Shown: positions 28,855 to 39,977, counted from the first letter of the stretch. The stretch is DNA of 64,000 bases from Spirochaetia bacterium (GCA_963677595.1 OY782041.1:1248001-1312000); one strand, 5' to 3'. The notes: generated by a model not told the origin, from the letters alone. Numbers and translations: made by a program.

Positions 28855-29877
28855 ATGAGTGATGTGAAAGTGTTTATCGCGAAGGAGTTCGATCCCTGGC
28901 TGAACCTTGCCACGGAGGACTGGCTCTACCATGATATGGATCCCTCACACCATGTGCTCTTTCTCTGGAGGAACAGCCCCACGGTCGTGATCGGGAGGTA
29001 CCAGAACCCCTGGCAGGAGTGCAACCTCGAGCAGATGGAGCAGGATGGGGTCAAGCTGGCCCGGCGTCAGAGCGGTGGCGGGGCTGTATACCATGACCTC
29101 GGGAACACCAACTTCACCTTCATGTCCAGCAGGGCTGAGTACAGCAAGGAGCGGAACAATTCCATCATCATCGGCGCCCTGCGCAGGCTCGGCCTCGAGG
29201 CTGAGGCTTCAGGTCGGAACGACCTGATCGTCGACGGGCGGAAGTTCTCAGGCAGTGCCTTCAAGCTCTCCAAGGACCGGGCTTTCCATCACGGCACCAT
29301 CCTCATCAATGCCGACATGTCCCGCCTCGGGGAGTACCTCACCCCTGACTCAGAGAAGCTGAAGGCCAAGGGGATCAAGTCGGTGAAATCCCGGGTGACG
29401 AACCTCATCGAGTACGTGCCGGAGATCACCCATGAGAACCTCATGCCGCTGATCATCGAGGAATTCTTCGCAACCTACGGGCAGCGCTGCGAGATCGAGG
29501 AGCTCTCCTATGAGACCATCTCCCGGATCCCCCACCTCAGGAACTACTTCGACACGATGCGTGACTGGGACTGGCGCTTCGGGAAGACCCCGGAGTTCGA
29601 GTATGAGATCTCCCAGCGGTTCGACTGGGGCAGGATGAGCTTCTGCTTCGACACGAAGCACGGGAGGATCGAGGAGGTCCAGATCCATTCTGACTCCCTC
29701 GTCCCGGAGATGATAGAGCAGATGATCATCTCGCTGAAGGGGGTACGGTTCTCCCCTGCTGACATCGCCATGGCCATGGCCGATATAGCAGCCCGCATGC
29801 CGGAGCATGCCGACCAGATCGGGGAGGCCTCGGCATTCCTCGGGGATGCGGTCACTTCCCTTTCGAGGGAATCCTGA
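28855..29877 (+). CDS. lplA: lipoate-protein ligase A
   Basis: VVIGRYQNPW, RRQSGGGAVYHDLGN, RKFSGSA and HHGT motifs. Confidence 0.95.
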   Translation: MSDVKVFIAKEFDPWLNLATEDWLYHDMDPSHHVLFLWRNSPTVVIGRYQNPWQECNLEQMEQDGVKLARRQSGGGAVYHDLGNTNFTFMSSRAEYSKERNNSIIIGALRRLGLEAEASGRNDLIVDGRKFSGSAFKLSKDRAFHHGTILINADMSRLGEYLTPDSEKLKAKGIKSVKSRVTNLIEYVPEITHENLMPLIIEEFFATYGQRCEIEELSYETISRIPHLRNYFDTMRDWDWRFGKTPEFEYEISQRFDWGRMSFCFDTKHGRIEEVQIHSDSLVPEMIEQMIISLKGVRFSPADIAMAMADIAARMPEHADQIGEASAFLGDAVTSLSRES

Positions 29878-30580
29878 AACCAGTCTCGCAGCCTATGGAA
29901 CGTTTATGAGCATCCTGGCAGCCTCTCCAATCCTTATCCCGGTTCTCTGACTTGTACATCTGTGTCATCCAGTGGACGTCATCGGTGATGGTGTCGAGCC
30001 GGGACTCCATGAGAGCGGCTATGGAGCGGATGAACTCCGCCTGCTGCGGAGCATCAAGGGCTTCCGAGGCCATGGCGAGCACCTCCGGGTAGTGGTGGAG
30101 GCAGATCCCCTTCGAACCTGCAACAGCTTCCCTGAACTCAGGATCACTCCCCCACAGGTAGACATAGGTGAAGGCATACCGCTTGAAGGTCATATCAAGG
30201 CTCTCGCAGATCAGGCAGCCGGAATCCCGGATCCCAAGGACCTGCCTCACCTGCTCGATGAGCTTCTTCGCCTTCCGGGGTTTATCGAGGCCCTTCAGGC
30301 TCTCCTGGACGGACTGCAGCGCCTTCCTCGTCTCCAACAGGTGCGTATGGGAGATCAGCGCAAGTCCCTGCGGTCTTGGTTCGGCTGCCAGCATCGCGTA
30401 GTGGTCAGGGCAGAAGCCTGTGGTGTTGACCTTCACCCGGGTCTCAGGGTTCATGACCGAGCTTCCCAGGTAAAAGTCGATATAACGGCGCTCTGCCTGC
30501 TTCAACAGCAGGCAGAACGGGCAGTCAGGCCCTGCATGCAGGGCATCCCAGACCGGTATGGTCTCTAGTTTATACTTCAT
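29852..30580 (-). CDS. DUF6062 family protein
   Basis: Two repeats of CxxC...GxCxxH; MKYKLETIPVWDA N-terminus. Confidence 0.75.
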   Translation of the reverse strand: MKYKLETIPVWDALHAGPDCPFCLLLKQAERRYIDFYLGSSVMNPETRVKVNTTGFCPDHYAMLAAEPRPQGLALISHTHLLETRKALQSVQESLKGLDKPRKAKKLIEQVRQVLGIRDSGCLICESLDMTFKRYAFTYVYLWGSDPEFREAVAGSKGICLHHYPEVLAMASEALDAPQQAEFIRSIAALMESRLDTITDDVHWMTQMYKSENRDKDWRGCQDAHKRSIGCETGFRIPSKGK

Positions 30581-30751
30581 GCATCTCTCCAGCAGTCCCA
30601 TTGTACAGGGAAACAGGTCAGCTAGTCAAAAGGCGTGTGTAGATGGGCCCAACGGGTATGGCCAGCCGTCATTGAGCGGCTCCACAGGCGTTTTCACCCT
30701 TCCATCATCGAGGAAAATAGCATATACTTGCAGGACAAAGGAGTGTTGACA

Positions 30752-32365
30752 ATGAAGAGAAGGCACAGGTGTCTCACCTTGCTGGTTCTTGTAACTACCC
30801 TATTCCCTCTGACTGCCGAGATCCCCGACAAACGTACGGATGCATCAGCACTGATCGATTCCAGGGAGCTTGTCGTCGCCTTTGATATGAATGAGGAGCC
30901 CGTCTCCTTCAACATCCATAAATCCACCAACATCAATTCCGCACAGCTGTTCACCGCCATCGCCGAGGGGATCGTGACCTATAATCCCGCTACCCTGGCC
31001 CCGGCCCCGGGGACAGCCGTCTCCATCATCCAGTCCGAGGATAATCTCGAGTGGACCATCAAGATCCGGCCTGACGCACGATTCAGCAACGGGGACAGGA
31101 TCACGGCAAAGACCTATCGCGATTCCTGGATGAGCCTCATCGACCCCTCAAGGCCGGGAGACCTCGCGAACCTCCTGGACATGATCAAGGGAGTCAAGGC
31201 CTTCAGGACAGGGAGGGACACGAACCCCGACCATGTCGGGATCCACCTCGTCGATACCACGACTCTGAAGCTTGAGCTCAACGCCCCCTCTCCCTACCTG
31301 CTCGAGATCCTTTGCCACCATGCCTTCGCCGCGATGCACCCGGCCAACCTGCAGAACCAGGGACGGCTCTCAGCCGGGACCTTCGTCAGCAGCGGACCGT
31401 ACCGGATCAGGGAGATGAGCACTGATGAGATCTACCTTGAGAAGAATCCCTACTACTGGGACAAAGAGGCTGTCTTGCTCGATACCATCAGGATCGAGCT
31501 CAGGGAGACCTCACTTGACCTGCTCTCCGAGTTCTCCGAGGGACTCGTCCACTGGTCAGAGGCGTACCTGCCGATCCAGATGATGCTTGATGAGTCCGAT
31601 TACACGGTCTTCCCCGAGTACTCGACGAGCTTCTTCTACTTCTCTGCGACGAAAGGTCCCTATGCCGACCCCGATATCAGGAGGGCACTGGCACTGATGA
31701 TCCCCTGGGACACGGTGCGGGAGGAATCAGCCTCCATCTATACGGCAGACACCCTGATCCCGCAGGACCTCTCCTACCATGGGAATACCGGCATCTCCGG
31801 AAGGGACCGGGAGGAGGCCCTGAGGATCCTCGACAATGCCGGGTATCCGCAGGGAGAAGGCCTTCCCATCATGGAGATCGCCATCTACCCCAACGCGAAG
31901 CTCGAGAAGATGACCGACATCATCACCGACATCTGGAGTGAGGAGCTCGGCATGATGATCATCATCGACGTCATCCCGTTCTCGCTCTATATCGACAACC
32001 CTGAGGACTCTCCCTATGCGATGGCGTACGTGACCTGGATCGGGGATTTCTATGACCCCTACAGCTTCCTGAGCCTCTGGACCTCGGACAGCGGGTTCAA
32101 CCCCAGCAGGTATGACAACCGGGAGTATGACCGGCTCATCGAGGACGCACTCGCACAGGAGACGGACGGCAAGCGGTTCGAACTCTTCAAGGAGGCTGAG
32201 CAGCTGCTGCTCGACACGGCAACGGTCATCCCGATATCGCACGGGGTCTCGGTGAACTTCGTGAAACAGGGGACACTGAAGGGGTGGTACCCCAACCTGC
32301 TGAATATCCACCCCTTCAAGTATATGAGCCTGAGCCATACTGACACGGCTACGAAATCCTACTGA
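30752..32365 (+). CDS. peptide ABC transporter substrate-binding protein (OppA family 5)
   Basis: Signal peptide, FSNGD.IT, SSGPY, KNPYYWD and WIGDFYDP motifs; no permease adjacent. Confidence 0.9.
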   Translation: MKRRHRCLTLLVLVTTLFPLTAEIPDKRTDASALIDSRELVVAFDMNEEPVSFNIHKSTNINSAQLFTAIAEGIVTYNPATLAPAPGTAVSIIQSEDNLEWTIKIRPDARFSNGDRITAKTYRDSWMSLIDPSRPGDLANLLDMIKGVKAFRTGRDTNPDHVGIHLVDTTTLKLELNAPSPYLLEILCHHAFAAMHPANLQNQGRLSAGTFVSSGPYRIREMSTDEIYLEKNPYYWDKEAVLLDTIRIELRETSLDLLSEFSEGLVHWSEAYLPIQMMLDESDYTVFPEYSTSFFYFSATKGPYADPDIRRALALMIPWDTVREESASIYTADTLIPQDLSYHGNTGISGRDREEALRILDNAGYPQGEGLPIMEIAIYPNAKLEKMTDIITDIWSEELGMMIIIDVIPFSLYIDNPEDSPYAMAYVTWIGDFYDPYSFLSLWTSDSGFNPSRYDNREYDRLIEDALAQETDGKRFELFKEAEQLLLDTATVIPISHGVSVNFVKQGTLKGWYPNLLNIHPFKYMSLSHTDTATKSY

Positions 32366-33909
32366 TCCTCTTCTATCCCCTCATCCTGGAGGTCGATCCT
32401 CCCATAGAGTTCTACCATCTCACGGAAACGACCGGAAACAGATGCTGTGAGGCTCCCCTCAGGCAGTCTCCAGCTCCAATTGTGGGGACCTGCCGTCGCA
32501 GGGGTGTTCATCCTGCTTCCCGAACCAAGGCTGAGCAGGTCCTGCATCGGGATGATGACATATTTCGCGACCGAACTCATCAATACCCTGATCATTGACC
32601 ATGCGATATCGTGGTCGTCACGGGCAAGGTACCGCCTGACGATATCGCGGTACTCCTCGGGGAGCTCCTCATACCAGCCGGCGGTGGTGTTATTATCATG
32701 GGTGCCGGTGTAGGCAACACAGTTGTATATATAGTTATGGGGGAGGAAATCATTCGTCGGGTCCAACCTCCCCGGCTTCAGGTAATCGAAGGAGAACTGG
32801 AACACCTTCATGCCAGGCAGGCCGTTGCTGTCACGGAGCTCCTCGACATCGGGCGTCATGACCCCGAGGTCCTCGGCGATGATGGGCACATCTCCCCGAT
32901 GGGCACGGACCGCATCGAAGAGTTCCTTCCCCGGGGCCTTCACCCAGGAGCCGTTCTCAGCCGTCCTCTCGCCAGCCGGGACCTCCCAGTAGGCAGCGAA
33001 GCCCCTGAAGTGGTCGATCCTGATGATATCGGTCAGCTCGAGCGCCGCATCGATCCGCTTCAGCCACCAGGAGAACCCGTCTGCCTGGTTCACCTCCCAG
33101 TCATACACCGGGGTACCCCACAGCTGGCCGGTCGCGCTGAAGAAATCGGGCGGGACCCCAGAGATCGCGGAGAACTTCCCCTCTTCATCGGTCTTGAAGA
33201 GGGGCAGGTTGGACCAGGTATCGACGCTGTCGGAGGCGACGAAGATCGGTATATCGCCGATGAGCTGGATACCCTTTTGGTTCGCATAATCCCTCACGGC
33301 CTTCCACTGTATGGAGAACAGGTACTGCAGTACCTTCCAGATACGGATCTCCGCCTGTTTCCTCATCGTCCAGGCCTCTATCGCTCCCGGTTCCCGGTAC
33401 CCGATGCCATGCTCCCAGACACTGTACCACCGGGAGTCCTGATACTCCTCATAGATGCTCATGAAGAGGGCATAATCATCGAGCCAGAAGGCCTGTGCCG
33501 TACAGAAACGGTCATAAGCCTCTTGGGAAGCGGGGTCGGCATCGGTGATGAACCTCCCTACAGCCCGCTTCAGGAGCCCCATCTTCCATACCGAGACATG
33601 CTCATAATCGACACGGCCCGTATCGAAGCCGGGATGACCTGTAAGTTCCTCCCCGCTGAGCAGTCCCTGCTCAGCAAGGGTGTCGAGGCTGATCAGCAGT
33701 TCGTTCCCCGCAAACGAGGAACGTGCTGAGTAGGGGGAGTTCCCATACCCCGTAGGCCCGAGTGGCAGTATCTGCCACAGCTTCGCACCGGCTTCGGAGA
33801 GGAAGTCTATGAAGGTGAATGCCCCAGCACCGAGGTCGCCGATACCATGGCGGTTCGGCAGCGACGTGGGATGGAACAGGATCCCTGATTGGCGTAAATT
33901 TTTCATCAT
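32359..33909 (-). CDS. malQ: 4-alpha-glucanotransferase (GH77)
   Basis: HPTSLP, WQILPL, GQLWG.P, RIDHFRGF, IAEDLG and YTGTHDN motifs. Confidence 0.96.
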   Translation of the reverse strand: MMKNLRQSGILFHPTSLPNRHGIGDLGAGAFTFIDFLSEAGAKLWQILPLGPTGYGNSPYSARSSFAGNELLISLDTLAEQGLLSGEELTGHPGFDTGRVDYEHVSVWKMGLLKRAVGRFITDADPASQEAYDRFCTAQAFWLDDYALFMSIYEEYQDSRWYSVWEHGIGYREPGAIEAWTMRKQAEIRIWKVLQYLFSIQWKAVRDYANQKGIQLIGDIPIFVASDSVDTWSNLPLFKTDEEGKFSAISGVPPDFFSATGQLWGTPVYDWEVNQADGFSWWLKRIDAALELTDIIRIDHFRGFAAYWEVPAGERTAENGSWVKAPGKELFDAVRAHRGDVPIIAEDLGVMTPDVEELRDSNGLPGMKVFQFSFDYLKPGRLDPTNDFLPHNYIYNCVAYTGTHDNNTTAGWYEELPEEYRDIVRRYLARDDHDIAWSMIRVLMSSVAKYVIIPMQDLLSLGSGSRMNTPATAGPHNWSWRLPEGSLTASVSGRFREMVELYGRIDLQDEGIEEDQ

Positions 33910-33972
33910 AGAGAAAGTATACGACAATACCAACCCTTTGACTATAGTGACAAATCGGAGTATAGTACTGTC
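33910..33972. promoter_or_regulatory. overlapping divergent leaderless promoters of malQ and carD
   Basis: Plus strand: TTGACT-17-TATAGT-6-ATG (carD). Minus strand: TATACT-6-ATG (malQ). Confidence 0.75.
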
Positions 33973-34497
33973 ATGAGTTCTGCAGAAAAAAAAACGAAGT
34001 CACCTGCTGTGAAACAGTTCGCAGTAGATGAACATGTGGTCTACCCGCTCCAGGGAGTCGGCCTTGTCAAAGAGATCCAAAGTAAGACATTCAAAGGCAA
34101 TGAAGTCCTCTACTACATCATATATCTTGAGATATCGGACATGACGGTCATGATCCCCGTAGAGAAAGCCGCTGAACTGGGGATCCGGGCTATCGTCAAG
34201 CCGAAAGAGGCAAAGGCTGCCCTCGAGACTATATCAAGCACCTATGAACCGGTCGCCATCGACTGGAAGATGCGATACCAGATGAACCTCGACCTCCTCA
34301 AGGAGGGTACCGTGACCTCGATAGCAAGTGTCGTCCAGACCCTCTATCACCGGAGCAAGATCAAGGAGCTGCCGGTACAGGAACGGAAGCTCTTCGACAA
34401 CGCCATGAAGATCCTCATAGATGAGATCTCCTTCTCCCTCAACAAACCCAAGAAAGAGGTTGAGAAGATGGTCTTCCTGAGGCTGGAGGCGGAGTAG
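33973..34497 (+). CDS. carD: CarD family RNA polymerase-binding factor
   Basis: VVYPLQGVG, IPV..A..LGIR and the conserved Trp (DWKMR). Confidence 0.92.
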   Translation: MSSAEKKTKSPAVKQFAVDEHVVYPLQGVGLVKEIQSKTFKGNEVLYYIIYLEISDMTVMIPVEKAAELGIRAIVKPKEAKAALETISSTYEPVAIDWKMRYQMNLDLLKEGTVTSIASVVQTLYHRSKIKELPVQERKLFDNAMKILIDEISFSLNKPKKEVEKMVFLRLEAE

Positions 34498-34500
34498 CGG

Positions 34501-35181
34501 ATGCAGGCTGCTGCACTGATCACCGCTGCAGGTTCGAGCACGAGATTCAACAGTTCAGAGGCTCCCGGGAAGAAGGAACTGATCCCGATCGACGGCAAGA
34601 GTTCGATAGAACGGTGTGTCCTCTCCTGCTCGGTCCTCCCCTACATCGAACTGATCGTCATCACCCACCCCGAGGGGGACTCGACCACGATTGACCATAT
34701 CAGCATGATCGCTGACAAATATGACATGAAGTTCATCTCAGCTCCCGGGGGAAGCACCCGGCAGCTCTCGGTCCTCAACGGCCTGAGAGCCATGGAAGCC
34801 TATGCCCCCGAGATGGTCATCATCCATGACGGGGCTCGTCCCTGGATCTCACCCGAGCTGATCGATACCGCCTACCGGAAGGCGCAGGAAGTCGGGGGAG
34901 CCGCCCCGGGACTGCCCTCTCGCAACGCACTCAAGCAGATCGATGAGCATGGCATGATCACCGGCCATTACCAGCGTGAACGCATCATCGAGATCCAGAC
35001 ACCACAGATATTCACCTACCGCGACATCCTCCAGGCACATCTTGCCGCATCTGAGGCGGACAAGCCCTATATCGACGACACGGAGATCTTCACCGATTTC
35101 GGGGGCCGGGTCGCCGTCATCCCGGGAGACCCGGACAACCTGAAGATCACCTATGCCGGGGACCTGAGGGGGAACCTGTGA
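34501..35181 (+). CDS. ispD: 2-C-methyl-D-erythritol 4-phosphate cytidylyltransferase
   Basis: AAGSSTRF, GGSTRQLSV, HDGARP, QTPQ and NLKITY motifs. Confidence 0.92.
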   Translation: MQAAALITAAGSSTRFNSSEAPGKKELIPIDGKSSIERCVLSCSVLPYIELIVITHPEGDSTTIDHISMIADKYDMKFISAPGGSTRQLSVLNGLRAMEAYAPEMVIIHDGARPWISPELIDTAYRKAQEVGGAAPGLPSRNALKQIDEHGMITGHYQRERIIEIQTPQIFTYRDILQAHLAASEADKPYIDDTEIFTDFGGRVAVIPGDPDNLKITYAGDLRGNL

Positions 35182-35675
35182 GGATTGGGAGCGGATGGGA
35201 CTCGCACCGGCTCGTGAGCGGCAGGCCGCTGCTGCTCGGGGGTGTCGTGATCGAGAGCTCCACCCTTGGCGAGGACGGTCACTCTGACGGGGATGTCCTC
35301 CTCCATGCGATCATCGATGCCCTGCTCGGTGCCGCGGCCCTGGGAGATATCGGGAAACTCTTCCCGCCTTCAGACCCGCAGTGGAAGGATGCCGACAGTT
35401 CCCAGCTTCTGAAGACAGCCTACCGCAAGGTGCGGGAGAGTTCAGGCATGGTCATCGCCAATATCGACACGACTGTCATCCTGCAGGAACCGAGACTCGC
35501 ACCCTATATCATGCAGATCAGGGAACGCATAGCCGACACCCTCAACCTCACGATCGATGCCGTCTCGGTGAAGGCCAAGAGTGCCGAGGGACTCGGGCCT
35601 GTCGGGAGAGGCGAAAGCATCGAGGCTCAGGCTGTCCTGCTGCTCGAGGAAGAGTCGATCGACCGGTGGGTGTAG
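35178..35675 (+). CDS. ispF: MECDP synthase
   Basis: MRIGSGWDSH, GHSDGDVLLHA and GDIG.LFP motifs. Confidence 0.95.
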   Translation: MRIGSGWDSHRLVSGRPLLLGGVVIESSTLGEDGHSDGDVLLHAIIDALLGAAALGDIGKLFPPSDPQWKDADSSQLLKTAYRKVRESSGMVIANIDTTVILQEPRLAPYIMQIRERIADTLNLTIDAVSVKAKSAEGLGPVGRGESIEAQAVLLLEEESIDRWV

Positions 35676-35686
35676 GGAACAGCCTG

Positions 35687-36898
35687 TCAGTGGAGAAGCT
35701 CCGGCTGCAGGAGAAAGTCCAGCAGCCTCAGGTGACGTATCCCATCACGATCGATACAGATCGGGTCCCGTGATATGACGAATCTCGGGAAATTATCTTC
35801 GATCGCCTCGAATGCCCCGAACTCCCTGTCTCGTACTGCACCAGTCTCCATCAGGTAAGCCACTTGGATATAACATTTCCATCCATCAGCCCGTTCAGCT
35901 ATGAAATCAACCTCCCCTTTATATACCTTGCCCACAAACACCCGGTAGGACCGAGAGACCAGCTCATTGAACACGATCGTCTCAGTACTATAGGAGAGCT
36001 CATCTTTGACCCTGTTCTTATACATCGAGAAGAGACCAAGATCACATGCATACACCTTTTCCTGAAAAGAGAGCATCCTCTTCCCCCGTATATCATAGCG
36101 GGGGATCATCTGCAGCAGTCCTGACTCCCTGAATCTTCTCAGGTACTCATAGAGGGTCGGAATGGTGATCTCCACCCCATCCTTTCTCAATGCAGCCACA
36201 ATATTCTTTGCTGATACCGTGGTCGATGAATGTGCTATCAAATAGTTCAGGATCGTTTCCACTATGACTGCAGAATGGTATCTGCTAGCCCGTATGATAT
36301 CCTTATATACGATTGAATCATAGAGGTTCTGCAGCTGTACATACTTGGCTTCCGGGGTCGTCTCCAGACACACAAGCGGGAATCCCCCGAACCTGAGGTA
36401 CTCCTGCAACAGGTCTTCATCAAGCTGTTCTGACCCTTTTACTTCTTTGAATTCACCGAAGGAGAACGGGAGCATCCTGAAGGCCACAGTCCTGCCGCCA
36501 AGATGTGTCGCAAGTTCTCCAGACAGGAGTTTCGTGTTCGAACCGGTAATGAATATACTCACATGGTCATGTGCAGCACGGAATGAGTTTATGACCAGCT
36601 CGAATGAAGCGACAACCTGTATCTCATCAAAGAACAGGTACATGGGTCTGTCGTCGGGGATCTTCGGTTCCACGAACTCATACAAAGCCTCAGCGGTCAA
36701 GAGATGACGGAATCTGAAATCTTCAAAATTCATGAAGAGGACCTGGCTTTCATCCAGTGACTTCTCTTTGCGCAGTTCATCGATGATCTGACGCAGGAGC
36801 GTGGATTTCCCACAGCGTCGTACGCCCATGATCACCTTGATCAGCTCGGAATCATAGAAGGGCCGGATCTGTTCCAGATATCTTTGACGTATCACCAT
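35687..36898 (-). CDS. AAA_14 ATPase with DUF4143 (PD-(D/E)xK-like) C-terminus
   Basis: GVRRCGKS Walker A, FFDEIQ, ITGS, GGFP, D.GL, E..V and EVDFI..IQV motifs. Confidence 0.88.
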   Translation of the reverse strand: MVIRQRYLEQIRPFYDSELIKVIMGVRRCGKSTLLRQIIDELRKEKSLDESQVLFMNFEDFRFRHLLTAEALYEFVEPKIPDDRPMYLFFDEIQVVASFELVINSFRAAHDHVSIFITGSNTKLLSGELATHLGGRTVAFRMLPFSFGEFKEVKGSEQLDEDLLQEYLRFGGFPLVCLETTPEAKYVQLQNLYDSIVYKDIIRASRYHSAVIVETILNYLIAHSSTTVSAKNIVAALRKDGVEITIPTLYEYLRRFRESGLLQMIPRYDIRGKRMLSFQEKVYACDLGLFSMYKNRVKDELSYSTETIVFNELVSRSYRVFVGKVYKGEVDFIAERADGWKCYIQVAYLMETGAVRDREFGAFEAIEDNFPRFVISRDPICIDRDGIRHLRLLDFLLQPELLH

Positions 36899-37027
36899 AG
36901 ATACAGCTTAGTACCTCATACCCGCTAAGTCAAGAGCATTAAAACTACTTTAACACTTTACCGGTATTTCACGATTTCATTAAAGCTGTCTTTATGCTGT
37001 ACACAGTTATCACTAACTCCAGATATG

Positions 37028-37061
37028 AAAAAGACCGCCACGACACTCAGGCCCGGCGGTC
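37028..37061 (-). terminator. intrinsic terminator
   Basis: GACCGCC/GGCGGTC stem followed by TTTTT on the minus strand. Confidence 0.6.
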
Positions 37062-37081
37062 CCCAATTATATTCAGGTATG

Positions 37082-37783
37082 TTACAGCGAGATCAGCATG
37101 GTGCCCGGATCGAGCTTGATGGACATCTTCTCAGGATTCGTCTGCCCATGGTCCTTGACCACGGTCATGACGACCTCTTCCCCATCGTACTTCATGCCGA
37201 TGAGCACATCCACGACATCCTCGATCTTCACGAGTGTCTCAGGGATCCCATACTCATCGAAGGCGACCCCATCCACGACCGGTGAGACGCTGAACCAGAG
37301 CTCAACATCGAGTTCTGCGGCGAGAGCCTTGAGCTGCTCGACAGCAGCATGCTCGACCGTCGTCATCTTGTACCCGTCGAAGAAGATCGCATCGGCCTTG
37401 AACCCGCCGTCGACGACCATCGCCTTGAGGGAACGGATGATCTGGTCCACCGTGACGTTCTCCTGGCTGAAATTCATGATCACACGATTCTTGATGATGG
37501 AGTCATGCACACCCATGGAATCCTCGAGCTCTCGCTTCGTGGAGATCTCCCTGAAGATGTCCTCATACCAGGCGATCACGTGGTTCACATTCTGGGAGAA
37601 TGAGATATGGATCACATGTTCATCCCGGAAGAGTTTATCTGTAGCCATATGTACGAGACATGCTGTCTTGCCGATCCCATGCCTCGAGGTGATGACCCCG
37701 ATATTACCCTTGCCCAATCCGCCATGAATCGAGTTCTCGAAGACTCGGAGCGGACTTCTTTTATTCAATTCAGTTTTAACCAT
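37082..37783 (-). CDS. RecA/KaiC-superfamily P-loop protein of unknown function
   Basis: GGLGKGNIGVITSRHGIGKT Walker A variant; AIFFDG Walker B. Confidence 0.75.
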   Translation of the reverse strand: MVKTELNKRSPLRVFENSIHGGLGKGNIGVITSRHGIGKTACLVHMATDKLFRDEHVIHISFSQNVNHVIAWYEDIFREISTKRELEDSMGVHDSIIKNRVIMNFSQENVTVDQIIRSLKAMVVDGGFKADAIFFDGYKMTTVEHAAVEQLKALAAELDVELWFSVSPVVDGVAFDEYGIPETLVKIEDVVDVLIGMKYDGEEVVMTVVKDHGQTNPEKMSIKLDPGTMLISL

Positions 37784-37846
37784 CTATGATTATCCTCCAG
37801 CTATGTTCTATAGTCATTGTACCACAACTTCTTTTACTACTCTAAC

Positions 37847-37876
37847 AAAAACCCCGGCGGGTCCCGCCGGAGTCTT
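37847..37876 (-). terminator. fusA terminator
   Basis: On the minus strand: AAGACUCCGGCGG-GAC-CCGCCGGGGUUUUU. Confidence 0.8.
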
Positions 37877-37886
37877 CATGGTAGTC

Positions 37887-39977
37887 CTACTTCTTTGCAG
37901 CTTCCGCTTTCCGCTTCTCTTCGTACTCTTTCTTGAGTTCCTCAGAAACAGACTGAGGAACCTTGCCGTACTTGTCCACTTCCATCGTGTATTCAGCCTT
38001 ACCCTGGGTAAGGGATCGGAGGACTGTCGAGTACCCGAACATCTCACTCAGGGGTACTTCAGCCTCGACCGTACAGAACTGGCCATCCTCAGCGGAACTC
38101 ACGATGATACCTCGTCTCTGGTTGATACTTGCGAAGATGTTACCCTGGAACTCAGTCGGGCCCTCTACGTTGACCTTCATGATCGGTTCGAGGATGATCG
38201 GCTTCGCCCTGGAGTACGCATCCCGGAATGCACCGAGAGCTGCAGTCTGGAACGCCTGGTCAGAGGAGTCGACCGAGTGGTACTGGCCATCGTTGATGGT
38301 CGCCTTGATGTTGACGATCGGGAACCCGATGAGCGTCCCCTTGACCATAGCGGTCTGGAAACCCTTGTCACAGGAGGGGATGTACTCGTTGGGGATCGAA
38401 CCACCCTTGATGCTGTTGACGAACTCGTAGTTTGCCTCTTCATTCGGCTCGATGAACCCAGCGACACGTCCGTACTGTCCGGAACCACCGGTCTGCTTCT
38501 TGTGGGTATAGTTGAACTCCGCCATCTTGCTGATCGTCTCACGGTAGGCAACCTGCGGCTGGCCGGTCACGACCTCCGCCTTGTACTCACGCTTCATTCG
38601 CTCGATATAGACTTCGAGGTGCAGCTCGCCCATTCCCTGGATGATGGTCTGGTTAGATTCAGGGTCAACATAGGTCCTGAAGGTCGGGTCCTCCTTGGTG
38701 AACCGGTTGAGGGCCTTTGCCATGTTGTCGGCAGCCTTCTTGTCTACCGGGTCGATGGCAAGGGTGATTACCGGGGTGGGGACGAACATCGAAGTCATCG
38801 AGTAGTTGAGGTCAGGATGACAGAAGGTGTCACCTGATGCACAGTCGACGCCGAAGAGCGCCGCGATATCGCCGGAACCAGCTTCCGTGATGTCCTCCAT
38901 GCTGCTTGCATGCATCTTGATCAGACGACCGACCTTGAACTTCTTCCGTGACCGGGTGTTGTAGAGCTCTGCACCTTTCTTGATCATACCCTGGTAGATC
39001 CTGATGTAGGTAAGCTGCCCATACTGACCGTCCTCGAGCTTGAATGCAAGGGCTACAGTCTTCTTCTCATCACCGGCGGAGATCTCTACCTCAGCCTCTT
39101 CGTTATCGAGGTCGAGGGCAACGTTCTTGACTTCAGTCGGGTTCGGCAGGTATTTGATGACCGCGTCCATGAGTGACTGGACACCCTTGTTCTTGTAGGC
39201 TGATCCCATATAGACAGGGGTCAGGTCAAGTGAGAGGGTACCGGTACGTACAGCGTCGTGGATCATCTCCTCGGAGATCTCTCCCTCGAGCATAGCCTCC
39301 ATCAGGTCATCGGAGAACATGGAGAGTGCATCGAGCATCTCCTCTCGCTTCTCCTCAGCCTGCTCCTGGAGCTCAGCAGGGATCTCAGCATACCTTATAT
39401 CATCACCGGACGGCCCTTCATAGTAGACAGCCTTCATAGTGATGAGGTCGACGATACCCTCGAGCCTGTCCTCGAGCCCGATGGGGATCTGCATCATGAC
39501 CGCATTGTGGCCAAGCTTTTCCCGCAGCTGCTGGGTGACCTTGAACGGGTTCGCACCGGTTCGGTCGCACTTGTTGATGAATGCCACACGGGGAACATTG
39601 TATCGTTTCATCTGCCTGTCTACGGTGATGGACTGTGACTGGACACCGCCGACTGAACAGAGAACGAGGACGGCTCCGTCAAGGACCCGAAGGGATCGCT
39701 CTACCTCAATGGTGAAGTCAACGTGCCCCGGGGTATCGATGATGTTGATATCATGCCCTTTCCAGCTTACGTTCGTAGCTGCAGAGGCGATGGTGATACC
39801 TCGTTCCTTCTCGAGTTCCATGGAGTCCATGGTCGCACCGACACCATCCTTACCGCGAACCTCGTGGATCGCATGGATCCTGTTGCAGTAATACAGGATA
39901 CGCTCTGTCAGAGTCGTCTTCCCGGAGTCGATATGCGCACTGATACCAATGTTTCTCATATTAGTCAATTCTGCCAT
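37887..39977 (-). CDS. fusA: elongation factor G (stand-alone, spirochete EF-G1 type)
   Basis: [37 protein letters not shown] and LEPIM motifs; not in the str operon. Confidence 0.97.
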   Translation of the reverse strand: MAELTNMRNIGISAHIDSGKTTLTERILYYCNRIHAIHEVRGKDGVGATMDSMELEKERGITIASAATNVSWKGHDINIIDTPGHVDFTIEVERSLRVLDGAVLVLCSVGGVQSQSITVDRQMKRYNVPRVAFINKCDRTGANPFKVTQQLREKLGHNAVMMQIPIGLEDRLEGIVDLITMKAVYYEGPSGDDIRYAEIPAELQEQAEEKREEMLDALSMFSDDLMEAMLEGEISEEMIHDAVRTGTLSLDLTPVYMGSAYKNKGVQSLMDAVIKYLPNPTEVKNVALDLDNEEAEVEISAGDEKKTVALAFKLEDGQYGQLTYIRIYQGMIKKGAELYNTRSRKKFKVGRLIKMHASSMEDITEAGSGDIAALFGVDCASGDTFCHPDLNYSMTSMFVPTPVITLAIDPVDKKAADNMAKALNRFTKEDPTFRTYVDPESNQTIIQGMGELHLEVYIERMKREYKAEVVTGQPQVAYRETISKMAEFNYTHKKQTGGSGQYGRVAGFIEPNEEANYEFVNSIKGGSIPNEYIPSCDKGFQTAMVKGTLIGFPIVNIKATINDGQYHSVDSSDQAFQTAALGAFRDAYSRAKPIILEPIMKVNVEGPTEFQGNIFASINQRRGIIVSSAEDGQFCTVEAEVPLSEMFGYSTVLRSLTQGKAEYTMEVDKYGKVPQSVSEELKKEYEEKRKAEAAKK

